A stretch of 49,807 nucleotides of DNA from Gemmatimonas sp. (GCA_031414535.1 JANNVQ010000009.1:1-49807); one strand, 5' to 3'; positions 39,801-48,506 are shown, numbered from the stretch's first letter. Made by a program: numbers and translations. Notes: generated by a model from the letters alone, not told the origin.

Positions 39801-40853
39801 TCACGGGCGTTGTACAAGATTCCACAACTGCACCTGCTCGACGCTCTCGGGCGTGACCGCCCGCCCCAGCAGCCAGTCGGCGCCGACTGCCCACACACTG
39901 AGCGATGCCGGCAGTTGAAGCACTGCCCGTGGCTTACCAGTTGCATCCAGCACCTGCCAGCGCCGCATCGCATCCGGCGTGACGAGGGTATCAGCGATCC
40001 AAATCTCACCTGACAGGCCCGCAACGATCTCTGCGCGAAGCACGGGCTGCGGCGTACTTGATGAAATGGCCGCTGGCGGCGCCATCTGCACGGTGTCCCA
40101 CCGCGAATCGAGCAGACGCAGCGCAGCGGGGGAGTCACTCGCAGACAACAGCAACTGCCCTGCGCTTTGCGTGACAAGCGCACGGGGACCGGACTCAAGC
40201 TTTCGAATGCGGACGTCGGTTGCAGACACTATCCGCTCCCACCAAGCTCCGCCGATAGGCGGACTGATGGCCCGCGCTTCGCCGACGGCGGACACGAGCA
40301 CAACCGAAAACGAATCGCGCGCCATCCCGCCTGGCGCGAGCTGCCGCGGATCGGCTCGCCGCGCGATGCCGAGTGCGAACCCACCGTCGACGACACCCAG
40401 CCACTCCGCTCCACCGTACTCGGCCGCATCAATGCGGATCGCGCGTGCGAAGCGGCCGGAAGCATCGAAGATGGAGATGCGTAGCGCGAGCGCGTCGAGC
40501 GCGGCAATGGAGTCGCCAAGCGCCGTAATCCACGTCAGGTGTTGAAACTCGCCGGGGCCGCCACCGGGCCGACCAATCCGCTGAACGAGTGTGCCGGACG
40601 TGTCATAGATGCGAATCTCCGACGGCGTGCCGTTCGCGACGACGAGTCCTCGCGCATTGCGGAATCCACTGAATACCCGCGCGAGGATCTGTGCGTCCTC
40701 GCCACTCTCCTGTCCAATCGCGACTGCGAGCCGCGCGTCGAGTGTGTCCGTCGGCGCGGCTCCGCTGCGGCTCGATGCGGCGTCTCTCGCACACGCAATG
40801 CTGCTCGCCAACGCAAGTGCAGCGAACAGTCGGACAGGCGTCAACCGGGTCAA
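39801..40853 (-). CDS. 6-bladed beta-propeller lipoprotein (cassette 13)
   Basis: Lipobox SIAC; IRIYDTSG...IGRPGGGPGEF...RISIFDASGRF. TTG start after AAGGAG. Confidence 0.78.
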   Translation of the reverse strand: MTRLTPVRLFAALALASSIACARDAASSRSGAAPTDTLDARLAVAIGQESGEDAQILARVFSGFRNARGLVVANGTPSEIRIYDTSGTLVQRIGRPGGGPGEFQHLTWITALGDSIAALDALALRISIFDASGRFARAIRIDAAEYGGAEWLGVVDGGFALGIARRADPRQLAPGGMARDSFSVVLVSAVGEARAISPPIGGAWWERIVSATDVRIRKLESGPRALVTQSAGQLLLSASDSPAALRLLDSRWDTVQMAPPAAISSSTPQPVLRAEIVAGLSGEIWIADTLVTPDAMRRWQVLDATGKPRAVLQLPASLSVWAVGADWLLGRAVTPESVEQVQLWNLVQRP

Positions 40854-40903
40854 GAGGGCAACTCCTTGATGACAACGGATTGCCGGCGATGCGTCGCGCG
40901 TCG

Positions 40904-41042
40904 GCATAACGTTTGCTTCTGCTGTCAACGCTACAATATAAAGCTGTTGTGGGGCGGCCGCTCGGCTGTCCCATGTTTCACAGTGCGGCCGCCCCACAAC
41001 TGCATCCGCACCCGCGTTCATCAGCAGCAAGCTTCGTTAGGG
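40904..41042 (-). repeat. attC site 13
   Basis: gcataac...gttaggg. Confidence 0.9.
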
Positions 41043-41055
41043 CGCGGGGCGCAGA

Positions 41056-42054
41056 TCAAAGCGTCTGAGGGCCCGCTCTCCACGTCTCAATGCGCTTCGC
41101 CCGGGGAGTGAGAAAGGCAAGTAGTGCATCGCTAGGCGAGGGGTCAATCACAATAGCCCGCTCAAACCTCGTTACCCACGAGATTAGATCGGCGAACTCA
41201 GTGCGGTCTGGCTCGGAGAAGGAGAAGCCGGCGATCACAAGCGTGTCCGCCTCAGCGGATAGATGTCGAAAGTATCGTGTTGCGAGACGCATCCAGCTGA
41301 GATGCTGTCCGAAGCGATTGAACTCTCCAGGAAGTACGATATCCGCAACAGTGCGCACATTGAGCAATTCGTGGTCGGTCATGCAGCGCTGAGGTACGTC
41401 GGCAAGCGCTGCTTCGGTCGCGCGAGGGTAATCGACGGCTTCGAAAGGGCTGTCGGCCGATGCCGCATTGCGGAGCTCAAACCCGTCTGGTGCAAAGTGA
41501 ATGGACCCGTGTGGCTTGCAAATGGGGATGCCGACCTGCCCTTCTGGGCGTCGATGCCACTCGGGCCACCCGCCGGCGCCAGGGTGGAAATGCTGAACGC
41601 GGTTACGAGTCAACGCGCGCTCCAATACCAGGTCGTAGTTCCAGCTAAGAGCAACGTGGAGATTCTTCCGATACCGCTCGAGCCATTTGCGCCAGATCCA
41701 CCGCTCCATTGACGAGCGGTCGAGCGCCCGTTGGTAGGTCGAGTATGCGAGAGCAAGGAAGTGGCGCAGGTCCTGAAGGCGACTGTCTAAACCGGCGAGT
41801 TCCGGATGCTTCGTATCCGCCGTGGGAACGTCCTCCAGCAACGACTGAATGAGCGCAAACTCCCCCTCGGGCGAAGCGCGGCTACGGCTCTCCAACCATG
41901 TTCCGAGGTGCGGAAGGCTGTCGAGTAGCGGAGTTCCGAGTCGTGGATGCGAGGGCCGCATCGATAGCGGGCTGCTTGGATGAACACCGACGCCAGCGTG
42001 CAGAGCGCGATCGATGGAGAGTCCGTTTCCGCACACAAACGCGATGCGCATCAC
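41056..42054 (-). CDS. SIR2-like (SIR2_2) domain protein, candidate NADase (cassette 14)
   Basis: FVCGNGLS, SWNYD, KPHGS and IAGFSFSEPD are the sirtuin-fold motifs in the expected order. Confidence 0.8.
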   Translation of the reverse strand: MMRIAFVCGNGLSIDRALHAGVGVHPSSPLSMRPSHPRLGTPLLDSLPHLGTWLESRSRASPEGEFALIQSLLEDVPTADTKHPELAGLDSRLQDLRHFLALAYSTYQRALDRSSMERWIWRKWLERYRKNLHVALSWNYDLVLERALTRNRVQHFHPGAGGWPEWHRRPEGQVGIPICKPHGSIHFAPDGFELRNAASADSPFEAVDYPRATEAALADVPQRCMTDHELLNVRTVADIVLPGEFNRFGQHLSWMRLATRYFRHLSAEADTLVIAGFSFSEPDRTEFADLISWVTRFERAIVIDPSPSDALLAFLTPRAKRIETWRAGPQTL

Positions 42055-42094
42055 CGGTGCTATCAGAGGAATGCAATGAAGGGGGACTACGTCG

Positions 42095-42229
42095 CCCTAA
42101 CGTGTGCTTCTGCTGTGAACGCTCCAATAAGAAGGGTTTGGCGGGGCCGCCGCAACCAGCCTAGGGCATCACGGCGGCCCCGCCAAACCCAATCCGCACC
42201 GCGTTCATCGGCAGCAAGCGTCGTTAGCC
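42095..42229 (-). repeat. attC site 14
   Basis: ccctaac...gttagcc. Confidence 0.9.
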
Positions 42230-42249
42230 GGCGCCACTCGGTGGCATTC

Positions 42250-42552
42250 CTATGGTCGCTTGCGACAGTCCTCAATCTCAGCCATCGCGATGCCCACAAG
42301 GAGCAGGCAAGCAAGCTGAGCGAAGCTGGTTCCGCCAAGCGGAAGGACGGCACTGCTCTGGGGAATAGCGTGCTCAATGGAAAGAAGGAGCAACTCTATC
42401 GACAGGGGAACACGGATGAATCGTGGCATACTCGCCTCTGGTTGAAGTACGAGTATGGGTAAAGCAAAAACCAGTGAAAGTCGCCGCCGCAGTTGGGAAT
42501 AAGGGCGTGCCCGGAAAACATTCTCCGTACTTCCCGATTTGCTCGCATTCAT
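42250..42552 (-). CDS. Possible small hydrophobic protein (cassette 15)
   Basis: ATG immediately follows the methyltransferase stop and the ORF fills the gap to the attC; no recognisable motif. Confidence 0.3.
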   Translation of the reverse strand: MNASKSGSTENVFRARPYSQLRRRLSLVFALPILVLQPEASMPRFIRVPLSIELLLLSIEHAIPQSSAVLPLGGTSFAQLACLLLVGIAMAEIEDCRKRP

Positions 42553-43959
42553 TCACTTAGCACGTCTAAGTAGCATTTGAACGAACTGTCGATTGCTTGG
42601 GGCCGGAACCGTACAGAGGTGCTCCCAGCCGAAGCCAGCCGCGAAAGACACGAGCGACGGCAGATCGTACCGAGCAGATGTAAGCAGCGTCACGTCTCTG
42701 TCGTTAGCTGTCAGGTGAAGTGTGACAGACCAGCTACCTGGCACATCACTCAACGCCGGACAGGCGTTCTCTACCACGCGAACGACTACTCGCGCCTGAC
42801 CGTCGCGTAAAGATTCGTGCAAACCAAAGGCGTCGAGAACGGCGCGCACACCCGGAGCCACGAAGTTCCGCATTTCTGGATGATCGTACTTCTTTACGAG
42901 TGCATCGCGTAAGGTCGAGGATGATTGACCGCCAATCGTATCGACGCTGACTATCAGCAGGTCGCCAGCGTGAGCGGTCAAGTTCAGTGACCGAAAGAAG
43001 GCTGCCTCGCGCAGGTTTCCGATGGTGCCACCCGTGATTGCGAACAGCACGGATTTGTCCCGTACGAAGGCTGCGGGACCACTGCCGAGTGCCAGAACGT
43101 CTTTGACCACATACTTGAACTCCACCCGATCGCGGAGGTCTGGTGAGGCCTTGGCTCTTTCCAGAATGCGAGACGATTGTTCCAGCATCGGGTAGTTGAT
43201 ATCAACCAGTGAATACTGAAGCGGGGCGCCGGAGGTGTGGTCGCGTCCCACGAGCGAGCGAACAAGGATTAGGTCCTTGCTGGGGGCGCCACCGCCGGCC
43301 AGCATGACCGCAGAGCGGACGGACGAAGTGCAGAGGGCCTGCTTCCACTGCTCCGTCTCCGTCAAGGCCCGCAACGCGTCCTTGCACTGGTCGTAGGTGT
43401 GGTATGACTCAGCGGCGACAAGTTCTCTCCACACCTCCGCAGCCTCAGGCGTAGAGTAATAGTGACGCGTGTCTAGATGTCCTGCCCGGGCTCCGGAGGG
43501 AAGTGTGACGAGGTCGATGTCGTGCAGCACTTCGACAATTCGCCTGTGCGGGCTCGACGAGCGTTCCGCACTCGCGCTAGCTGACATCGATACTACGGCG
43601 ACTCCGTTGCTTGGTGTCAACGCGTCGTTGTCAACACGCGGAAAGGACTGCCGATACTTCGTGCGGTGTGGTTCGGGCAGAAGATCAATGAACTCCTCAA
43701 GCGATGAGTGCAGGATATCGGAGCCGGTCACGTCAGCTGCGCAACCAAGCTTTTCAGCGAGCAGCTTTAGGAATGGCAAGTACTTCTTGTACGGCCGGCT
43801 CTTGTGCCACTTGCGCATCGCTACTGCTGTGTCGTGCTTAAGGCTCTGTTCGCTCGCCTTCGTGTAGACCTTGTCGACGACATCGCCGGGGCTAGACGCG
43901 TCAAGTATGCGGATAATGATTCTCCGCTTCTCGGGCCAGTGCCAGTAACGCTTGCTCAT
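42553..43959 (-). CDS. EgtD-like (Methyltransf_33) SAM-dependent methyltransferase with unknown N-terminal domain (cassette 15)
   Basis: LDTRHYY...W..L...SY, GGGAPSKD, YSLVDIN, GGTIGNL, LLIVSVD...KY, SARY; about 150-aa N-terminal extension. Confidence 0.75.
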   Translation of the reverse strand: MSKRYWHWPEKRRIIIRILDASSPGDVVDKVYTKASEQSLKHDTAVAMRKWHKSRPYKKYLPFLKLLAEKLGCAADVTGSDILHSSLEEFIDLLPEPHRTKYRQSFPRVDNDALTPSNGVAVVSMSASASAERSSSPHRRIVEVLHDIDLVTLPSGARAGHLDTRHYYSTPEAAEVWRELVAAESYHTYDQCKDALRALTETEQWKQALCTSSVRSAVMLAGGGAPSKDLILVRSLVGRDHTSGAPLQYSLVDINYPMLEQSSRILERAKASPDLRDRVEFKYVVKDVLALGSGPAAFVRDKSVLFAITGGTIGNLREAAFFRSLNLTAHAGDLLIVSVDTIGGQSSSTLRDALVKKYDHPEMRNFVAPGVRAVLDAFGLHESLRDGQARVVVRVVENACPALSDVPGSWSVTLHLTANDRDVTLLTSARYDLPSLVSFAAGFGWEHLCTVPAPSNRQFVQMLLRRAK

Positions 43960-43981
43960 CGGTCAGCCCCCGTGGGTTGAG

Positions 43982-45406
43982 TTAACGTGTGGGTGGCGAT
44001 GCGCGCCTGAGGTAGATGACCGCGAAGTGTGCGAGGAAGCCCGCCAATATTCCAGGCGCGGCCTCGTTCAGATATGCATTGAATCCAAGCATCATCCAGC
44101 AGCTCGCGCAAAGGAAGCCCGCGACGATCGACGCCGATAGGGAAGTGGCTGAGAAGCGCCATCCAAGAAGACGAATAGCCATCGCCGGAGCAAGAGCAGA
44201 CCCCATAATCCCCACTGAACTCAACGCAAGATCCTTCACACTACCTCCCATTACCAACGAAAAGCCCATGGAAATGGCGCCCGCGAATGCTACGGTGCGC
44301 CAGAGCGCGCTGCGGTAGCGGACCGTCGCCTCGGGTAGTTGCCTGAGATCTCCAAGTATCGTCTGGGCAATCGCGACGAGGATGCTGTTAGAAGTGGCGG
44401 CAATCGTAGCGAATATATCGGCGGCAATGATGCCCGTTATGACGGGACCGGTCGTCATGCGATGGAATGTGCTGAGGCCCGCCTCCGGGTCTTCGAGTCC
44501 AGGCATCACGCCGCGAAGGATGATGCCAAACGCCGTCATAGCAATCCAAGTCCCTTGGACAAATACGAAGTAGATCCACCATGCAGAGCGCGTTTCTGAG
44601 GGCGAGGAACCGGCCATATAGCGCGTCAGCATCTGCGGCTGCCCAAGGCCGAAGCCGAGAGCAGCAGCCGCAAATCCAAGCGATGAGACAAGCGAGAGTA
44701 GAAGCCCGCCTTCTGGAACAATGTGAAGGAAGTCGGCGCCCGCGGATTGTAGCTCTTCTGCAAATGCAGGGCGGTGGCGTACGGCGGTAACTGTAACTGT
44801 TACGAGCGCTAGGGCGGTCCCCATGATACGGACAACCGCCTGTACAGTGTCGGCGTAGACGGACCCTCGAAAGCCGCCGAGCGAGCTGTATACGACGATT
44901 GTCGTTGCGAACAGCAGGAGAGCAGTCGAACCGTGGAGCGCAAAGGCGCCCGCGAGAAACTTCTCGCCTGAAAGCCATTGGGCAGAGACGTACCCACCAA
45001 GGCACAGCACCGAAATGACGCCGACCAGCCGCTTGATATTCCGCCGTGCTCCCGGCGAAAGCGAGGCAACGAGTATGTCCGTCGCGGTCGCAGCTTCATG
45101 GGTCCGCGCAGCGGAATTAATGCGATGCGGAAAGAGGTGCCAAAAGATTACGTCACCGACCAGCCATGCGGCTGGGAGCAGCAGCCAACGAGCACCCTCG
45201 GTATACCCCAAGCCCACTGCTGCCGTGACCACGAATCCGCTGTTTGCAGTCGCGCCGGCGCTTAGCCCGACGAGCCACTTGCTAAGACCCTGATTGGCGA
45301 GTGCGAGGCCGGAGCGGCGCGCTTCATGCGTGCGGCCGAGATAGGCCGCGGTGACTGTCGCAAGCAGGGTGACGACGAAGACGATGATCGCGAGAGAGTT
45401 GTCCAT
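43982..45406 (-). CDS. Sodium:solute symporter (PutP-like) (cassette 15)
   Basis: LVGLSAGATANSGF, YSSLGGFRGSVYADTVQ, FGLGQPQMLTRYMA, ATSNSIL; about 13 TM segments. Confidence 0.9.
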   Translation of the reverse strand: MDNSLAIIVFVVTLLATVTAAYLGRTHEARRSGLALANQGLSKWLVGLSAGATANSGFVVTAAVGLGYTEGARWLLLPAAWLVGDVIFWHLFPHRINSAARTHEAATATDILVASLSPGARRNIKRLVGVISVLCLGGYVSAQWLSGEKFLAGAFALHGSTALLLFATTIVVYSSLGGFRGSVYADTVQAVVRIMGTALALVTVTVTAVRHRPAFAEELQSAGADFLHIVPEGGLLLSLVSSLGFAAAALGFGLGQPQMLTRYMAGSSPSETRSAWWIYFVFVQGTWIAMTAFGIILRGVMPGLEDPEAGLSTFHRMTTGPVITGIIAADIFATIAATSNSILVAIAQTILGDLRQLPEATVRYRSALWRTVAFAGAISMGFSLVMGGSVKDLALSSVGIMGSALAPAMAIRLLGWRFSATSLSASIVAGFLCASCWMMLGFNAYLNEAAPGILAGFLAHFAVIYLRRASPPTR

Positions 45407-45657
45407 GGCGCAAGTGTCTGCCAGCACTGCGGGAAAGACTAGACCGTACCTGGGAAAGTTTGGGAATTCAAGTAAGCGAGCTCCGAATCATCACGCACCG
45501 ACCCTCTGTCGTCCCGAGCCCGCTGGGTGTGGTCGCGACTCCCTCACACGCCCCACTGTTGCACCCGTGGCTAAAAACGCCTGAGAGGTTGCGCGAGATT
45601 GCGCGGCGCCTGTCCTGAAGGCGTAACCGAAAGCACCAAATGGAGTAACTCGGACCA

Positions 45658-46524
45658 TCATTGTCCAAGACGCGGAACGCGCAGTCTGGCGCGCACCTGA
45701 GACGCGAGCCTTGGGCTGACCTGCTGGACCCAACTCAGCCGTCCCTCAATCTCCTCGAAGCCGTGAGACTCTGATCCGGCGCGGTACTCAACAATCAGTT
45801 GCTTGAGTGCCTTGATAAAGGCCGGAGAGGGCCGAAGGTCATCCGCCACCTCGATGCCTGTGATGAGGGCCCGCGCAGGAGACACTGCCGTGCGCGTCTT
45901 GTCAGGCTTCAGGTTCAGTCCAAGCAGTTTCAGCTTCTTCTCCGCGAGGTGCCGAAGGCGATTCTGTCGCGTCGGCGCGGAAATGGCAATGTCGTCAACG
46001 TAGCGTGAGTAGTTGCCGCCGGCTTCTAATGCTCCCTGAAGAATGGCGTCGTCGAGCTCTCGAAGTGTCACGTCAAGAAGCCACGGGCTCGTGGGCACTC
46101 CCTGCGGGAGCTGGTCATCGACGATCACAATGTCACACAAAGCCGTGGCGGCAGCCGATCCAAGGCCGGCCACCACGAGTGCACGCTCAACGTACCTGCG
46201 TCGTACGGAGGCGAAACAGCTGTGAACATCGCAAGTGAGGCACCAGCCAAACGAGATGTGAACGCGTGCATGCGACACCGCACCGGCGCCAGGTACCGCC
46301 ATCGCCGCCCGACTCACCTGAACGAGTGGACGCAAGCGGTTGAGTGCACGTCGCTGGACATCTCGCATTTGTCGGGGAGGAACGCGAAGCGTCCTTCCTG
46401 TTGCAAGAACCTTTCTGCGATAGAGGCTTGGCATCTTACGCCGCAGCACCCAAAGCTCGGTCGGAGTGAGCGCAAGAAGTGACGCAAGGTCGTCGTGCGT
46501 TTGGGGCAGGTCTCGCGCAGGCAC
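45658..46524 (-). CDS. Retron-type reverse transcriptase (cassette 15)
   Basis: TCDVHSCF, LPQGVPTSP, YSRYVDDIAIS, KPDKT; retron-like region X (HARVH, cf. NAxxH) and region Y (ITG, cf. VTG); 288 aa, RT domain only. Confidence 0.9.
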   Translation of the reverse strand: MPARDLPQTHDDLASLLALTPTELWVLRRKMPSLYRRKVLATGRTLRVPPRQMRDVQRRALNRLRPLVQVSRAAMAVPGAGAVSHARVHISFGWCLTCDVHSCFASVRRRYVERALVVAGLGSAAATALCDIVIVDDQLPQGVPTSPWLLDVTLRELDDAILQGALEAGGNYSRYVDDIAISAPTRQNRLRHLAEKKLKLLGLNLKPDKTRTAVSPARALITGIEVADDLRPSPAFIKALKQLIVEYRAGSESHGFEEIEGRLSWVQQVSPRLASQVRARLRVPRLGQ

Positions 46525-46530
46525 GTGCTG

Positions 46531-46833
46531 TCAATCCTCTCCAGCGCGCGCTAGATACTCGTTTAGTGCCTGAAGCGCATCGGTGGCAACGCTGCGCCCG
46601 AGTGTGTGCTCTAGATCCTTCGAGGTGATGCTGGAGAGGAGCAAGAGCCCAGGCGGGACGTGGAGTGCGCGACCGATTGCTCGGATGGCGGCAAGAGATG
46701 GTTCGCGCTCGGAGCGCTCCAGCCTCGAGAGCATGGCTGGCGAGAGATTGGCGGCTCTGGCAAGTGCCGCTGAGCTCAGGCCGCGCGCCTTTCGAAGGCG
46801 GCGGATGGTTGTTGCAAAATTCTTTGAGTCCAT
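46531..46833 (-). CDS. XRE/Cro-C1 helix-turn-helix protein (cassette 15)
   Basis: IRRLRKARGLS..ALARAANLSPAMLSRLERSEREPSLAAIRAIGRAL. Confidence 0.9.
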   Translation of the reverse strand: MDSKNFATTIRRLRKARGLSSAALARAANLSPAMLSRLERSEREPSLAAIRAIGRALHVPPGLLLLSSITSKDLEHTLGRSVATDALQALNEYLARAGED

Positions 46834-47105
46834 GGCGACGAAGGCCGGTATGAACGGATGAAGGCCTCGACCACGAGTTTCAATGCGAGTTCGGCAGCCT
46901 CTCGAATAACCACAGCGAGAACTTTCTTGGCTGCCTCACGAGAAAAGCCTGCCTGAGAGCGCGAAATACGAGCGCGCATTCGAGACAGCTTCGCCTTTAG
47001 CTCGAGCGAGGCCTTACGGTTGGTGCTTTGGTCGCTCTCAAGTTGCCTCTCCAACGCGCGGATGAGCTCCTTGAGTTTGACTTGCTGCACGGCGAGCGGG
47101 TCCAT
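46776..47105 (-). CDS. Small helical/coiled-coil protein, candidate retron effector (cassette 15)
   Basis: Strong SD GAAGGAGG 9 nt before the ATG; basic coiled coil followed by a hydrophobic helix; overlaps the HTH gene. Confidence 0.7.
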   Translation of the reverse strand: MDPLAVQQVKLKELIRALERQLESDQSTNRKASLELKAKLSRMRARISRSQAGFSREAAKKVLAVVIREAAELALKLVVEAFIRSYRPSSPWTQRILQQPSAAFERRAA

Positions 47106-47353
47106 GTCCTACGTCCTCCTTCTGGTTGAGGTGCTACAAACGCACCACGACCGAGTGTCGTGGTGACATCCGCTGACGTGTTCAGTCATGTGCTGACTGC
47201 AACCGTTCGGTCGACCGTAACGGCCATCGACCGCCTCTCGCCAATGAAGACGAGGTGACTACTAGTGTGACCGGCCGGAGAATCGTCCCCGGACCGACCG
47301 GACGTACGGTCCCCGACAAATAGCTCGGGGGAAGGAGGCATCATGGATCGCTC
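47094..47353 (-). ncRNA. Putative retron msr-msd-like structured RNA overlapping the small-protein start
   Basis: Terminal inverted repeats 47331-47353 and 47094-47122 enclose hairpins at 47143-47165, 47183-47199, 47208-47233, 47291-47312 and 47311-47330; lies upstream of the RT operon. Confidence 0.65.
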
Positions 47354-47489
47354 TTCGCATTCTCAAACAGCTGGACCGGAAATCCCGGTACGTGAATCTA
47401 GGCAAACGTCGACTGTGAGTCAATGGTCGCCCACGGGTCGGGGCTGACGGGCTAGTCCGGGCTATGTGGGCCGGTCCGCGCGCGCGTCC

Positions 47490-47631
47490 GGCTAACGTGT
47501 GCTTCTGCTGTGGACGCTTCAATAAGAAGCAGTTGTGGGGCGGCCGCTAGGCCGTGCGCTTGTACGAAATGGCGGCCGCCCCACAACTGCTCTCCTCACC
47601 TGCGGCCATCAGTCAGCAAGCGTCGTTAGGC
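47490..47631 (-). repeat. attC site 15
   Basis: ggctaac...gttaggc. Confidence 0.9.
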
Positions 47632-47651
47632 TGCACGCGCGCTAACGATCT

Positions 47652-48305
47652 CTACGCGCTCGGGCCATCCAACAAATGCCAGGCATGCTCGAACGAATGC
47701 GCTTGCTCCCGCAATGTGGAAACGCGCATGAGCTTCCGACCGCCGGGCGCGGTGTAACGGAGGCTACGCAACTGCTCGGCGGGTACAACGTAGACCTCCG
47801 GCGACTCCCAGGGAGAGCCAATGAGGTTGTTGTAGCAGACGAATGCGTAGAAATGATTCGCCGTGGACTCGCGGGCGTTGTCGATTGGCCATCCTGTCGC
47901 CCCGGCCAGTCCCTTCACATCGAGAGAGCACAGCTGGCCTGTGCGCGAAACGACCACCACGTCGACGGACTTCTTGTTGCCGAGGGTCAAGTTGGCCGTG
48001 AAGCCCAAACGATGAAGAAGCGAGAGGATGTGGAACTCAGCGGCCAAGTTCGTGTCGTATCCCTCTGGGGATTTCAAAGACGTACCGAGCCGCTCGTTGA
48101 TTTCGCGAGCCATCTTCGCGGCTTGCTCCGGAGTGGGCTGAGGCGTTCCGAATGCATCCGCCCCATCTTCACGCACCGCATAGTAGTTGCGCACGAGAGA
48201 TGGCGACACAAGTCCGCCAAGGTAGCGAATGGCCATGGGGTTGTTCTCCGCGGCCTCCGCAAAGTCGGCAACCGCCTGACGCCACGCTGCACGTCGACTC
48301 GTCAT
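47652..48305 (-). CDS. PD-(D/E)XK-like nuclease (cassette 16)
   Basis: AAEFHILSLLHRLG...KKSVDVVV...SLDVKG matches the E...D...(D/E)xK arrangement. Confidence 0.7.
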   Translation of the reverse strand: MTSRRAAWRQAVADFAEAAENNPMAIRYLGGLVSPSLVRNYYAVREDGADAFGTPQPTPEQAAKMAREINERLGTSLKSPEGYDTNLAAEFHILSLLHRLGFTANLTLGNKKSVDVVVVSRTGQLCSLDVKGLAGATGWPIDNARESTANHFYAFVCYNNLIGSPWESPEVYVVPAEQLRSLRYTAPGGRKLMRVSTLREQAHSFEHAWHLLDGPSA

Positions 48306-48319
48306 TACTCTCCTCGTCA

Positions 48320-48463
48320 GCCTAACGTGTGCTTCTGCTGTGGACGCTTCAATAAGAAGCAGTTGTGGGGCGGCCGCTAGGCCGTTCCATGCATATACTA
48401 AATCGCGGCCGCCCCACAACTGCTATCCTTGCACGCGGCCATCAGCAGCAAGCGTCGTTAGGC
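48320..48463 (-). repeat. attC site 16
   Basis: gcctaac...gttaggc. Confidence 0.9.
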
Positions 48464-48506
48464 TGCGCGCACCAGACGGCCGGTGACGCCCACCTCTCAG
48501 CACGGC

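Noticed and set aside
45658..46524. RT as a group II intron, DGR or CRISPR-associated RT
   Set aside because: No maturase/endonuclease domain, no visible TR/VR pair, and no cas1; size and motifs fit retrons better.
45658..46524. RT as the enzyme that creates the cassettes or attC repeats
   Set aside because: Nothing in the sequence links it to the repeats; it is cargo in one cassette with its own candidate RNA template.
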